DNA of 64,000 bases, from positions 800,001-864,000 of the forward strand of contig OY969706.1 in the NCBI GenBank assembly GCA_963702095.1, given 5' to 3'. The notes under the pieces are model-generated. The model ran no database searches and had not been told where the DNA came from. It saw only the letters and a list, made by a program, of their open reading frames with translations. The stretch is from Candidatus Bathyarchaeota archaeon (GTDB taxonomy: Archaea; Thermoproteota; Bathyarchaeia; Bathyarchaeales; Bathycorpusculaceae). Below are positions 1-10,303 of the stretch, one piece after another; the first letter of the stretch is position 1, and each line of letters opens with the position of its first letter. The translations under genes and the position numbers were made by a program.

Positions 1-449
1 CAGGCAAATATGTGGTGCCCAGTCGCCACTTCAGCATCGCCCGAGTGTACCGCCCTGAAATAACCGACCGCACGCATCTGAGCGAATTCAACCAGGTGGA
101 AGGCATCATACTCGACGAAAAACTAACCTTAAAAGACCTCTTAGGCGTCTTGGGCAAGTTTGCGCTCGAGATTGCGGGCGCCGACAAAGTCCGCTTCAAA
201 CCCGATTATTTCCCCTTCACCGAACCCAGCGTCGAACTCAGCGCCTACAAGGAGGGCTATGGCTGGATTGAATTCGGCGGTTCAGGCATATTCCGCCCTG
301 AAGTCACCGTGCCACTCGGCGTCAAAGCGCCCGTCATCGCATGGGGCTTGGGTGTGGATCGGTTGTTTATGATGCGCTCGGGAATTAGTGATATCCGCAT
401 GATTTTTAGTCAGGACCTTGATTGGCTGCGCAAAAAACAGGTGACCTAA
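1..449 (+). CDS. pheS: Phenylalanyl-tRNA synthetase alpha subunit, C-terminal part (begins before window)
   Basis: Motifs [32 protein letters not shown]; directly upstream of pheT. Confidence 0.97.
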   Translation, partial: GKYVVPSRHFSIARVYRPEITDRTHLSEFNQVEGIILDEKLTLKDLLGVLGKFALEIAGADKVRFKPDYFPFTEPSVELSAYKEGYGWIEFGGSGIFRPEVTVPLGVKAPVIAWGLGVDRLFMMRSGISDIRMIFSQDLDWLRKKQVT

Positions 450-450
450 G

Positions 451-2160
451 ATGCCGACGATAGATGTTGACTACGCTGAACTGGAACGTTTACTCCATGT
501 GTGCTTGAATGGTGACATGGAGAAACTCGACGATATTTTGGCTTATGTTAAAGCTGAAGTGAAAGGCTACGACCAAAAAGAAGGCTCCCTTAGCATTGAG
601 ATGAAGGATACTGCGCGCTCTGACCTCTGGAGTGTGGAGGGCTTAGCAAGGGCGTTGCAAGGCTACCTCGGAGGGGAAATGGGCCTCAAAGCCTACTCCG
701 CCGGCGAATCCGCGGTCGACGTCTACGTGGACGCCAACCTCTGCCCTATCCGACCCTACATCTGCTGCAGCGTCGTCAAAGACATCCGCCTCTGTGACGA
801 AGTCATCAAAGGCATCATGCACCTACAAGACAAACTTGACCAGACACAGGGCAGGAGCCGCCAGAAAACCAGCATCGGCATCTACAGCCTCGACTTAATC
901 AAGCCGCCCATCCAGTACAAAGCCGTCAAACCCCAAGATGTCGCCTTTGTGCCGTTGGGCTTCACAGAAAACATGGCGCTCGACGAAATCCTCGAAAAAC
1001 ACCCCAAAGGCCAAGAATACGGCCACATAGTCAAACGCAACACACTCTACCCGATGCTGTTTGACAGCGAAGGCAAAGTGCTCTCGTTCCCCCCCATCAT
1101 CAACAGCAGCGACTTGGGCAAAATCACCGAGGACAGCCGCAACCTTCTCGTCGAAGTCACAGGTACACTGCACAAAACCGTGCTCAACACCTTGAACTTG
1201 GTAACTTTGGCGTTGATTGACCGTGGAGGCAAAGCCTACAGCGCAACCATTCATTATCCCAAAGGCGCCGAATACACAGAGGACATGGTGGTGACGCCTG
1301 ATTTTAGTAATCGCCGCTGGGAACTCAGTGTGGAAGAGACTAATCGCCTGTTGGGCTTAAAGTTGACTGCGGAAGAGATCGCCGATTTACTGGGCGTCGC
1401 GGGGTTAGGCGTGGAGAAAGTCGCCGCTGACAAACTTACCGTGCTGGTGCCCTGCTACCGCATAGACGTCATGCACCAAGTGGACATCATCGAGGACGTC
1501 GCCATCGCTTACGGTTACAACAACATAACGCCGCTGTGGCGTGAGCTGCCCACCACTGGTAAAGCCAAAGCCGACGAGCATCTTATAGGCATCGCAAGGG
1601 ACCTAATGGTCGGGTTAGGCTACCAAGAAGTCCTCAACACCACCCTAACCAACCCCGAAACGCTCTTCAAAAAAATGAACATTCCATCGAACCCCGTTAT
1701 CGAGTTATCCAACCCCAAAGTCAACACCATGACATGCCTGCGCAACTGGCTCCTGCCCGGACTCATTGAGTTCCTTAGCATCAACCAATCGGTGGAGTTT
1801 CCCCAGAGAATCTTTGAACTCGGCAAAGTTACCTTACCCGACGACACAGCGGAGACCAAGACACGGGACGAAAACTGGCTCTCAGCCGTAACTGCGCACC
1901 CAAACGCCAACTTTAGCGAAATCAAATCTGCCCTGGACTCGTTTATGGCGAATTTCGGCGTCGAGTTCCAAATCCAAGAGGCGGCGCATCCGAGTTTTAT
2001 CGAGGGCAGAGTGGGCAAAATCATAGTTGACGGCAAAGAAGTCGGCGTGGTCGGTGAAATCACTCCATTGGTGCTTGAAGCGTGGAAGCTTGAGAATCCA
2101 GCGGCGGCGTTTGAACTTAACTTTCAAACCTTAGCCAACCAAAAAACCTGTCCACAGTAA
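451..2160 (+). CDS. pheT: Phenylalanyl-tRNA synthetase beta subunit (archaeal type)
   Basis: RSDLWSVEG, LSFPPIINS, YRIDVMHQVDIIEDVAIAYGYN, HPSFIEGR. Confidence 0.97.
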   Translation: MPTIDVDYAELERLLHVCLNGDMEKLDDILAYVKAEVKGYDQKEGSLSIEMKDTARSDLWSVEGLARALQGYLGGEMGLKAYSAGESAVDVYVDANLCPIRPYICCSVVKDIRLCDEVIKGIMHLQDKLDQTQGRSRQKTSIGIYSLDLIKPPIQYKAVKPQDVAFVPLGFTENMALDEILEKHPKGQEYGHIVKRNTLYPMLFDSEGKVLSFPPIINSSDLGKITEDSRNLLVEVTGTLHKTVLNTLNLVTLALIDRGGKAYSATIHYPKGAEYTEDMVVTPDFSNRRWELSVEETNRLLGLKLTAEEIADLLGVAGLGVEKVAADKLTVLVPCYRIDVMHQVDIIEDVAIAYGYNNITPLWRELPTTGKAKADEHLIGIARDLMVGLGYQEVLNTTLTNPETLFKKMNIPSNPVIELSNPKVNTMTCLRNWLLPGLIEFLSINQSVEFPQRIFELGKVTLPDDTAETKTRDENWLSAVTAHPNANFSEIKSALDSFMANFGVEFQIQEAAHPSFIEGRVGKIIVDGKEVGVVGEITPLVLEAWKLENPAAAFELNFQTLANQKTCPQ

Positions 2161-2174
2161 ACCATAGGAATCAG

Positions 2175-2292
2175 TTTTTTTCTATAGTTGTTGTTGACGA
2201 AAACCGCCTATACACAACAACAACCAGCGGGCTTTGCAGCAAATTATGTTTTAGCATCAGCGTTAAATTTAAGCTCCAATCCAGTTGTGCAA
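2175..2292 (+). repeat. Dispersed repeat family B, copy 1
   Basis: T-tract then TAGTTGTTGTTGACGAAAACCGCCTATACACAACAACAACC hairpin; matches 35090-35235, 46684-46805, 50180-50314. Confidence 0.8.
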
Positions 2293-2325
2293 TTAGCCAC
2301 ATCAAAACAACAAAACCTGAGGAAG

Positions 2326-3123
2326 TTAAAACCATGACAGTGTCCCGTTTTTCCTCGCTTTTCTTAGGCACCAAGCGTACACGCCATACCCAAACGGCAC
2401 AATAATGGCGCACATCAACGCCAAAATCAGTATGTAGGGCAGCACCATCTGTATGGTCCAACCTGTTAGCATCAAGCGTATGCTGGTGAAGAAGTAGTAT
2501 TGGGGCAGCACGTAGCTTATGGCTTGAAGTATCGGCGGCATAACCGTTGGCGGAAACAAAACGTTGCCAAACAGTGTGGTGGCTATGGTTATTAGTGCGG
2601 TGACGGGGTCGCCCTGTTTGGTTAAGATGAGGATGCCTGCGCCGATCATGCTAAAACCCAAAAAGGTGCCGATGCCCAGCGCCAAAACAATCAGGGTGCC
2701 CAAGACGTTGATGCTTAAGTCTACGCCGAAAAATATCACGCCAATAAGCAAATACACCACGACGACGGCGGTGCTCCAGATGAACCCCCAAAGCGAACTG
2801 CCCACAATAAAGGTGCGTAGCCCAGTCGGCGAAACCAGCACTTCTTCTAGCGCCCAGGGGTTGATTGTTTTCTGCACCAGCGTCAACGCCTGCGTGAGGT
2901 AACTGTTGAACGCTAAGCCGATAATGAGGTAGGTGGTAAAGTTCATGTTATACATTTCTTGGACGCTTTGGCTAACAGCACTGTTACCTAAGAACGCGAA
3001 GGAGAGAGCGCCGAAAAGGGCGGTGGCGACCAAGATGACGATGTTGGTTTTGTAGGTGCTGAAGCTGATGATGTCGCGTTTCATGAAGTAAAAAATTTTT
3101 TCCAGTTCATCCCACGCCGTCAC
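2326..3123 (-). CDS. ABC-2 type transporter permease
   Basis: About six TM segments, LEEVLVSP and FPP...LP motifs; coupled to ATPase gene. Confidence 0.85.
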   Translation of the reverse strand: MTAWDELEKIFYFMKRDIISFSTYKTNIVILVATALFGALSFAFLGNSAVSQSVQEMYNMNFTTYLIIGLAFNSYLTQALTLVQKTINPWALEEVLVSPTGLRTFIVGSSLWGFIWSTAVVVVYLLIGVIFFGVDLSINVLGTLIVLALGIGTFLGFSMIGAGILILTKQGDPVTALITIATTLFGNVLFPPTVMPPILQAISYVLPQYYFFTSIRLMLTGWTIQMVLPYILILALMCAIIVPFGYGVYAWCLRKARKNGTLSWF

Positions 3124-4142
3124 GCCTCAGTCCTCCCAGTCAACTCGATAAACGCATCTTCTAAGGTGGGTTCTTCTCGGCGGTAATTCACCAGTTTAAT
3201 GCCTTCCAAATAGAGGAAACTGAAGACAGAGGGCACCGCGTCTACGCCTTTGAGTTCCACACAGAACCCCCTCTGCCCCACGCCCGTGTTGTACTGGTCG
3301 TTTTCTGAGGCGTTGACGACCGCTGGCAAACCGTAGAGTTTTTCGATCTGCGCTGGACTGATGGATTCGACGACTATGTAGATGCGTTCTTTCTCTTTAA
3401 TCATGGCTCGGATCGCGTCGGGGGTGTCACAGGCGATAAGGCGGCACTTTCTTAAGATGCCGATTTGGTCGCATATCTGCGCTGCCTCCTCAATGTAGTG
3501 GGTGGTGTATAACACGGTTTTGCCTGTTTCCCGCACGGTTTGCTGCACGAAATCCCGGATGTTACGCGACGAGATCACGTCTAACCCAACCGTGGGTTCG
3601 TCTAAGAGCAGGATAGGCGGATCAGGAAGCAGCGTTCGCGCCAACGCTAACTTTCGTTTCATGCCGCCCGAGTAGCGTTGGTACAAGTCGTAGACGCTGT
3701 TTTCTAATCCGACGAGCCGCAGCACCTCTAAGATGCGTTCTGGGCGTTTCTGGCGGGGAACGTTGTAGATGGAGGCGTAGAATTCGAGGTTGCGGTAGCC
3801 GTTTAGCCTCCAAAAAAACCCGCGTTCCCCAACACTAAAAAGCGTGCCCAAGGACCGTTTAACCTGCATCGGCTCTTTGAGGATGTCATAGCCGTTGATT
3901 AATGCGGTGCCGCTGTCGGGGGGCAGCAGGGTGCAGAGCATCTTGACGAGGGTGGTTTTGCCTGCTCCGTTGGGTCCTAGGAGCCCAAAAAGCTGCCCTT
4001 TTTTGATGGTTAAGGTGAGGTTGTTTACGGCGTTGAGGGTGACAGTTTTTCGGCGGCTAAGCAGTTTGCTGTGTTCGGCGGGCATTTTGGTTTTGAATGT
4101 TTTTGTTAGGTTGATTGTTTTGATGGCATGTTCGTTCTGCAA
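3120..4142 (-). CDS. ABC transporter ATP-binding protein (DrrA/CcmA-like exporter)
   Basis: Walker A GPNGAGKT, YSGGM signature, LLDEPT, TTHY, C-terminal EPTLEDAF. Confidence 0.95.
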   Translation of the reverse strand: MQNEHAIKTINLTKTFKTKMPAEHSKLLSRRKTVTLNAVNNLTLTIKKGQLFGLLGPNGAGKTTLVKMLCTLLPPDSGTALINGYDILKEPMQVKRSLGTLFSVGERGFFWRLNGYRNLEFYASIYNVPRQKRPERILEVLRLVGLENSVYDLYQRYSGGMKRKLALARTLLPDPPILLLDEPTVGLDVISSRNIRDFVQQTVRETGKTVLYTTHYIEEAAQICDQIGILRKCRLIACDTPDAIRAMIKEKERIYIVVESISPAQIEKLYGLPAVVNASENDQYNTGVGQRGFCVELKGVDAVPSVFSFLYLEGIKLVNYRREEPTLEDAFIELTGRTEA

Positions 4143-4266
4143 CCGCTAAACCTCTGATTTTTAAGGGAAAGAATGCACAACAACCATATTTTGCTGTGCT
4201 GAATGAGCATTTTAGGCGTTTTTTTGCAAAAAAAGCCTCAAATACGCAGCCGTACAACCACAGGGT

Positions 4267-4935
4267 ATGCTGCCAAAAGTGGTCGTGTATAATTCAGTTA
4301 GCGTTGACGGCGCAATTAAGGATTTCGACGTAGACATCGCATTGCACTACGAGGTGTTAGGCAGGTTAGGCGCTGACGCGTTGCTTGTGGGTTCCCAAAC
4401 CGCCAAATCCGGCATCGAGTTGTTCCTCAAGGAGGTGCCGCCTGAAGAAGAAAGCGACTATCAAAAACCCTCAACCAGAGCCGGTGACGGACGACCAATA
4501 TGGGTTATTCCCGACAGTCGAGGCATCCTCCAAGGTCTGCTGCATGTTCACCGCAAATCAGGCTACGCCAAAGACATAGTTGTTTTAGTTTCCAAGTCCA
4601 CATCCAAACAGTATCTCGATTACCTAGCTAAGAGGCACTATGATTACATAGTTGCTGGAAACGACCACGTCGATTACCGAGTGGCGCTTGAAGAACTACA
4701 TAGGCGCTTCGGCATAGAAAAAGTGGTAACCGACAGCGGCGGCGTCTTGGTCGGCGTGTTGCTTGAGCAGGGTTTGGTGGATGAGTTGCAGCTGCTTGTT
4801 GCCCCTGAATTGGTAGGCAAAAAAGCGGAGAACCTATTTCGAGGCTTAGGGCGCAGTGTGAAGCTGGAGTTTGTCAGTTGTGACGTCATCAAGGGGCATG
4901 TGCTGTTGAGCTATCGCGTTTCTAAGCGGATGTAG
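4267..4935 (+). CDS. RibD C-terminal-type reductase (pyrimidine reductase/DHFR-like)
   Basis: SVDG N-terminal motif, DSRG, GG..L, GLVDEL.L.VAP. Confidence 0.85.
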   Translation: MLPKVVVYNSVSVDGAIKDFDVDIALHYEVLGRLGADALLVGSQTAKSGIELFLKEVPPEEESDYQKPSTRAGDGRPIWVIPDSRGILQGLLHVHRKSGYAKDIVVLVSKSTSKQYLDYLAKRHYDYIVAGNDHVDYRVALEELHRRFGIEKVVTDSGGVLVGVLLEQGLVDELQLLVAPELVGKKAENLFRGLGRSVKLEFVSCDVIKGHVLLSYRVSKRM

Positions 4936-4970
4936 CTAAGAGTAATGGTATGTGCTGATTGGTCTCTGCG

Positions 4971-5849
4971 TTATTGAACTGGGAGCTTGGCGGAGTCTAT
5001 TTCTGTCATGATTGAGGCGCCATTCCTCCTGACAAGTCGCATCGAAGCAAACACGTTTATGCCTAAAGACACCCAAACCGCCAACAACGTAGGCATTATG
5101 ACATCAGTAATTTGTATACCATAAACAATGCGGTAGGGTGAACTAAAAAGCACACTGAACAGTATCAGCGTAAGCAACATGGTGACTACAAAATGTGCAA
5201 GCACAACAACACGGTACTTCTTCATAACGCTCACGAGACTAAGCAAAGCGTGGTGGGTTTGGCTGTCGCCGACTGGTTGGCGCTGGAGTTTCTTGTAGAA
5301 TCCATGAGAGTAGCCCATATAACTCCAAAGTGAGGTTGTGTCTTTTGAGGCGACCGCCTGCATAAAATAGCGGAATTGGTCGTCTGAGCTGGGGTTTGGC
5401 TGCACCCAATACTTGTAGCCGTAAACAAACCCATAAACCAACACCTCATTTGCCCTCTCGTACCTGCTGAAACAGATACCGCTTACCGCCAAATCAGCAA
5501 TCATAAACGGAAAGAACATGAATAACCCAAACGGCGCATACTCTGCAGAACCCAAAAACGCCAAAACCAAAAGAAACGGCACCATAAACAAAGCCAAACC
5601 CGCCAAAGGCACCTCCCAAACAAACGCTTCAGACTGCTTGGAAAGTTTTGAGAGAACCACTCTGAGTTCTAACACCGCCAACAAGGCTCCTGCGGCGACT
5701 CCGAAAAGTAAGTAGCCAAAGCGGGTTAGGTTTAGCCAGTCCAAGTTGACAGTTGCTAAGTACATGAAAACTGCAATGGGAATGGACACTATGATGGCGT
5801 AGACTAGGCGGGTTTGCCCTATGGGAACGCCTAACTTACCAAGCGACAA
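4971..5849 (-). CDS. Hypothetical multi-pass membrane protein
   Basis: 292 aa ORF with about six hydrophobic segments. Confidence 0.65.
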   Translation of the reverse strand: MSLGKLGVPIGQTRLVYAIIVSIPIAVFMYLATVNLDWLNLTRFGYLLFGVAAGALLAVLELRVVLSKLSKQSEAFVWEVPLAGLALFMVPFLLVLAFLGSAEYAPFGLFMFFPFMIADLAVSGICFSRYERANEVLVYGFVYGYKYWVQPNPSSDDQFRYFMQAVASKDTTSLWSYMGYSHGFYKKLQRQPVGDSQTHHALLSLVSVMKKYRVVVLAHFVVTMLLTLILFSVLFSSPYRIVYGIQITDVIMPTLLAVWVSLGINVFASMRLVRRNGASIMTEIDSAKLPVQ

Positions 5850-5906
5850 TTACTCTTTCAACCAACCAATTACAACGTTGGTTTAAATTAAAAAAAGTTA
5901 TGTATG

Positions 5907-7163
5907 TTAGGCGATTACGATTTTCTTGTCTAAAGCAGCGGCGATGTTGCGTTCGATGGTGTGTTTGAGGTTGCCTATTTTATCCACGGTTTCTTTGTAG
6001 CTGTTGGCCTTGACGGTTTCGTGGGTTTCCACGCTGGTCTTACGAATCTTTAACTGGTCAAGCTGCTCTTGGTGCTGGGTCAAATTCTGCTTTATCTCAT
6101 CCATCTTCGAGGAAGCCAGCAACTGATTGCGGTTAGTAGCCATCTCGGTGCACCGGATCTGCAGGTTAGCAAGCGAATTGTTACGTAGTATTTCGTTCAC
6201 TGTCTGTTCAGCTTTGCGTTGCTTATCGGGCTTGAGTTTAAGCGTGTCCTTAGCCATCATGCCCTCGAGCTTCTCCAAAATCCCCCTCAGTTCAGGGTAA
6301 CCCGGCTGCTCAGACACCAACGCGTCAAAGGGCTGGTCTAGGTACTGGTTGATTTTTTTGAGTTCGTCGGGTGTGATGCCGCCTCCGCCGCCTGAAGTGG
6401 CAAGTGCCTGCATCTTGATGAAGGGTTTCTGGAGGTGCCGCAATGTGTTTTTGAGTTCGTTGCTTAGGTTTTCTATTTCGGCGTTGATGAGGTTGAGTTT
6501 GTCTATGGGTCCTTTGCTTTTTAAGTCGCTGATTTTCTGTTCTAAATCAGAGATTTCCTGCTCAAGCGGTATGCGCTCGTTTTGTATGTTGGTTTTATCC
6601 TGTTCGATGATGGAGAGTTGCTGCTCTATACCTTGCAACTCATTTAGTTGCAAAAGCGCTTCTTCAAGCGTTTTTGTTTTAACATACTCTTTTGTGACGT
6701 AATCGTTTAGGGCGTTGTAGGCTTGTCTGGCTTTTTCGTAGGTCTGCAAGAATCTTCGCCGGTCCATAATGAAGAAGGGGGAGATGCGGGGGAACCAGTT
6801 TTTGATGTCTATGTCGGTTACGTAGAGGACTTTTTGGATTTCTTGCACATAACGGTTCATGCTGTCATATGAGACTTGTTCGGGCGAAGTAAGTTTTCTG
6901 AATCGGTCGAGGAATAACCGAGTGAGTTTGTTGAGGGCTCGGGCGCGGTTGTAGAGTTTCATGTTTCTTTTTTCGATTTCTTTGCCGCTTAAATCGAAGA
7001 GTTGTTTGCTGATGTCTGTTAGGGCTTGGATTTGGAGGTTCATGTTGTCGCGGAGTGTTTTGGCTTGGGCATGGACTGGGGTGAGGACTGTGCTGGTTTG
7101 TGTTTCTAGCCAATGTTTTGCTTCTTCTGAGGATGAGAATTGGGTGGTTGCTTCAGTCAACAA
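5907..7163 (-). CDS. Hypothetical coiled-coil protein
   Basis: 418 aa, extensive heptad pattern rich in E/K/Q/L. Confidence 0.75.
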   Translation of the reverse strand: MLTEATTQFSSSEEAKHWLETQTSTVLTPVHAQAKTLRDNMNLQIQALTDISKQLFDLSGKEIEKRNMKLYNRARALNKLTRLFLDRFRKLTSPEQVSYDSMNRYVQEIQKVLYVTDIDIKNWFPRISPFFIMDRRRFLQTYEKARQAYNALNDYVTKEYVKTKTLEEALLQLNELQGIEQQLSIIEQDKTNIQNERIPLEQEISDLEQKISDLKSKGPIDKLNLINAEIENLSNELKNTLRHLQKPFIKMQALATSGGGGGITPDELKKINQYLDQPFDALVSEQPGYPELRGILEKLEGMMAKDTLKLKPDKQRKAEQTVNEILRNNSLANLQIRCTEMATNRNQLLASSKMDEIKQNLTQHQEQLDQLKIRKTSVETHETVKANSYKETVDKIGNLKHTIERNIAAALDKKIVIA

Positions 7164-7267
7164 GGTTCACGCATCTTAATGTTAGTGTTTGGTTGTTTAT
7201 CAATTTTAGCCATAATTCAATCCAAATTGGCACTCTTTTTTAGGTAGCTACTCTTAAATAGCTAACC

Positions 7268-7894
7268 GTGCCCATAGAAAACAAGCAGGCAACAGAAATG
7301 AACACAAAAACAAGCACACGAACACTCGCCCTTATCATAATCTTCGTCGCACTAGCAGTCGCGCTAAACGTCTATGGACCGAAAATTCCTTTCCCGCTCG
7401 CCCCCTTCCTCTTCTTTCAGCTGTGGGAAATTCCCATAGTCATAGCATTCCTCGCCATAGGCGTAAAACCTGGTGTCGCCGTAGCAGTCATTAACTCAAT
7501 AGTTCTAGTGTTTGTTTTCCAGGGGGAACTGCCAACTGGTCCCTTTTATAATCTCATAGCAGTCCTATCGATGTTCTTAGGCATATACATCCCATATAAA
7601 ATAGCAACCCTACGCTGTAGAACTGAAAGTCTAACCGAATATCTTAGACACCACAAAGTAATAATCACTATAGCAGCAACAGCCTCAGGCATGGCTACAC
7701 GCATACTCATAACAACGGTCGTTAACTACTTCGCCCTACAGCAGCCCTATCCAATCGGCTTTGGGCTACCCCAAATCGATGCGTTACTCTTCCTACCCGC
7801 AGGCGCAGTCTTTAATGCCATAGTTGCACTATACACTATTCCCTTAGCATTCGCTATAACGGTCGCTGTCACTTCAAGAGTAAAAATACAGTAA
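7268..7894 (+). CDS. ECF transporter S-component-like membrane protein
   Basis: IP...PFL.F..WEIP motif and six TM pattern typical of S components. Confidence 0.7.
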   Translation: MPIENKQATEMNTKTSTRTLALIIIFVALAVALNVYGPKIPFPLAPFLFFQLWEIPIVIAFLAIGVKPGVAVAVINSIVLVFVFQGELPTGPFYNLIAVLSMFLGIYIPYKIATLRCRTESLTEYLRHHKVIITIAATASGMATRILITTVVNYFALQQPYPIGFGLPQIDALLFLPAGAVFNAIVALYTIPLAFAITVAVTSRVKIQ

Positions 7895-8026
7895 CAAGAA
7901 ATACTCAGCTACTATATGCCCATCACATGCGTGTTCAACGCTACACTTGCGCTTTACACTATTCCTCTGGGTTACATTATTGCTGTGGTGATAAAGCGGA
8001 ACCTAAGACACGCCAACATGGTATAA
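7895..8026 (+). pseudogene. Relic second copy of the ECF S-component C-terminus, in frame after the stop codon
   Basis: Translates QEILSYYMPITCVFNATLALYTIPLGYIIAVVIKRNLRHANMV*, aligning to VFNAIVALYTIPLAFAI of the upstream gene. Confidence 0.65.
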
Positions 8027-8086
8027 CGGCAGATCAATTTTCTGTTGACCGCAATCTTTGTTGGAGCATATGGAATATTTCCAATT

Positions 8087-8270
8087 CATGCATGCATTCA
8101 CACGCACATCGCGCCTGCCTCTGCATGGAAGCATGCACTGGGTGTGGAGAAAAACAATCTCGCCACACCGAAACAGACGCTAAAACTGTTGCACCCCCAA
8201 AACACAACGCAGCCCACAACAGTCCTGTGGCACCCCGCAAACCGCCACACCCACATAAAGAGACAAAAAT
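8087..8270 (+). repeat. Dispersed repeat family A, copy 1
   Basis: CCACACCGAAACAGACGCTAAAA...GTGGCACCCCGCAAACCGCCACACCCACATAAAGAGA; near identical over ~100 nt to the reverse complement of part of copy 3. Confidence 0.9.
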
Positions 8271-8310
8271 CTTTCAACACAAATTGAACTCAAAATAAAA
8301 AAAGAAAAAA

Positions 8311-9270
8311 TTAGAAGCCCAAGGCTTGCGCAAGCACCTTAGGATTAATCTGCCCTGCCTTGAAGGTTCTGCCCGTCTTAGCATTGTTAATCATGAGCAG
8401 CGCTGGAGCAAATAGGCCACCGTCTATCTTGTAGAAGTCTTTGCCTGCGTCGAGGAAGATTTGCAAAAACGGTTTGCCGTAGTCTTTCGAGTTAACCGAA
8501 GGAGCATCCTTGACTAATTGTTGCAGTTTAGCTTCATCATCGTAGTCAACAGTCAGATACACGGTTCCACCGTAGAGGATAACGTCGTTGGTTCTTGCCA
8601 TCGCCACCTCGAAATCTGGACCCACAGGCGGAATCGGCGCATAACCCATCGCGTAACGGATAACTTTAGGGTCCAATCCCAAAGTGTGCAGTTTGTGAAT
8701 GCCGACTTCGACAACGCGGCCTGCAACCTGCGTTAACCCTGCAACACTGGCGGTTGGAGCCACAACCACAATCAAGTTTGAAGCGGCGACGTTGCTGTTT
8801 TTGCAGACTTTCTCAACTAAGACGTCCGTGGGCAGCACGTTGCTCTCAAGAGTGATTACGGCTTTGTCAGATTGGTCGGTGTAACCGATTTCCTCGTAGA
8901 TTTCTTTGGGTTTTAACGCGATTGCTCGCACTGGGCCTGAGCCGATGGCGATGTTGTCGCCGTCTTTTATGCGCCAACCCGCAAACTGGCTGCCCAGCAT
9001 TGCGATGGCGGGGTAATCGGATGTGATGGTTACTGAGGGGAAAGTGAGGTCGCCGTAGTTTTTGAAGCCTAATTCTGCTTTGCCTGCGCCGCCTAAACAG
9101 AGTTCAGTTAAGATTTTGCCTGCTTCAAAGCCGCCTGATGCCTTGACGCCTGCATCGATGATGGTGGCTCCAGCAGACGATTTAGTGACCACTACACCGT
9201 AAGATTTAGGGTTCTCAAGTAATTTCTGAGCTTTTTCCCAAGCCAATTGGTTTACGCTTATGTTACCCAT
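8311..9270 (-). CDS. mch: Methenyltetrahydromethanopterin cyclohydrolase
   Basis: IDAG, GSQFAGW, GSGP.RA, APTAS.AG, RTND.ILYGG, DFYKID..LFAPA. Confidence 0.95.
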   Translation of the reverse strand: MGNISVNQLAWEKAQKLLENPKSYGVVVTKSSAGATIIDAGVKASGGFEAGKILTELCLGGAGKAELGFKNYGDLTFPSVTITSDYPAIAMLGSQFAGWRIKDGDNIAIGSGPVRAIALKPKEIYEEIGYTDQSDKAVITLESNVLPTDVLVEKVCKNSNVAASNLIVVVAPTASVAGLTQVAGRVVEVGIHKLHTLGLDPKVIRYAMGYAPIPPVGPDFEVAMARTNDVILYGGTVYLTVDYDDEAKLQQLVKDAPSVNSKDYGKPFLQIFLDAGKDFYKIDGGLFAPALLMINNAKTGRTFKAGQINPKVLAQALGF

Positions 9271-9341
9271 ATGTTTTCACCTAAACAAGCATCCATAGTG
9301 GATGAGGCTTAAAATATTAAAGTTAACGCTACAGCAAAAGC

Positions 9342-10148
9342 TTATGGTACTTGCGAGATGCCTGAACCGCCCGTGGTATCTATGCTTCCCAAGGTGGGGT
9401 TGCCTTTGTAGTAGAGGTGGGCACCTCCGCTTAAGTCCCCACTTATGGTGCCACTGGCGTTAACGGTGCATTGGCTTCCCCCACTCAAATCCACATGGGC
9501 ATTGTTAACTTGGAAGTCTGCGAGGTTAAAGTTAGCTCCACCCGAACCCACCAATGTAACGTCCACGCCTTGCCCAGTCATGGTGAGGCGACTTCCCCCT
9601 GAGAGGTCAGCGCCAAAATTGGTTACCAAATTGAGGTTCTGCGCATTGACAACTGACCCGCCAGACGCCTGCACCTGCTCCAGGTTTGGCATGGTGACTT
9701 CAGCTTTTAACGCTGTAGGCTGGTAGCCTATGCCTGGTTTCATATGAATTTCTAAGGTGCTTCCCGACTTGTGAATATCAACGTACTGTTGGAGGTTGTC
9801 GTCAGTTGTAACTTTAATGCTGTAGATGCTTCCCTGCGTAACCTCGACGTTAAAGCCGCCGCTTGGAGAAACAGCGGTGAAACCGTCGATGTCGATCTGC
9901 TGGGTTGACAGTTGACCTGAGCCGACATGACCAAACAGTCCGCCGCCCCAAACGGATACCAAGACGATTGCGACTGCTGCAACCGCCAAAATAACAATGC
10001 CCACAATCACCAAAGGGTTTAGTGATCTGTTCTCGTTTCTACGCCTGTTTTCGTAAGGCTGCTGTTGGACGGCGACGGGGGTGCCGCATTTGGGGCAGTA
10101 CGTCATATCTGGCTCAAGTTTGGCTCCGCATTTTCGACAATAACTCAA
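9342..10148 (-). CDS. Zinc ribbon + TM + DUF2807 (GIN/adhesin-like beta-helix) protein
   Basis: YCRKCG...YCPKCG, TM helix, repeated LSGGS motifs, YYKGNP end. Confidence 0.85.
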   Translation of the reverse strand: MSYCRKCGAKLEPDMTYCPKCGTPVAVQQQPYENRRRNENRSLNPLVIVGIVILAVAAVAIVLVSVWGGGLFGHVGSGQLSTQQIDIDGFTAVSPSGGFNVEVTQGSIYSIKVTTDDNLQQYVDIHKSGSTLEIHMKPGIGYQPTALKAEVTMPNLEQVQASGGSVVNAQNLNLVTNFGADLSGGSRLTMTGQGVDVTLVGSGGANFNLADFQVNNAHVDLSGGSQCTVNASGTISGDLSGGAHLYYKGNPTLGSIDTTGGSGISQVP

Positions 10149-10303
10149 CTACATCTCCATTTTGTACTTGTATGCCTATGCAAATAAGATTTTCCATCCG
10201 CAGGTGACCCCTTTGTTTCTCACGGAAGCCCTTGTTGTAGGCACAAAGCAGTCACAACTTCTAAAGAACCGCATCATAAACTCACTAACTTGAGGCGAAG
10301 ACC

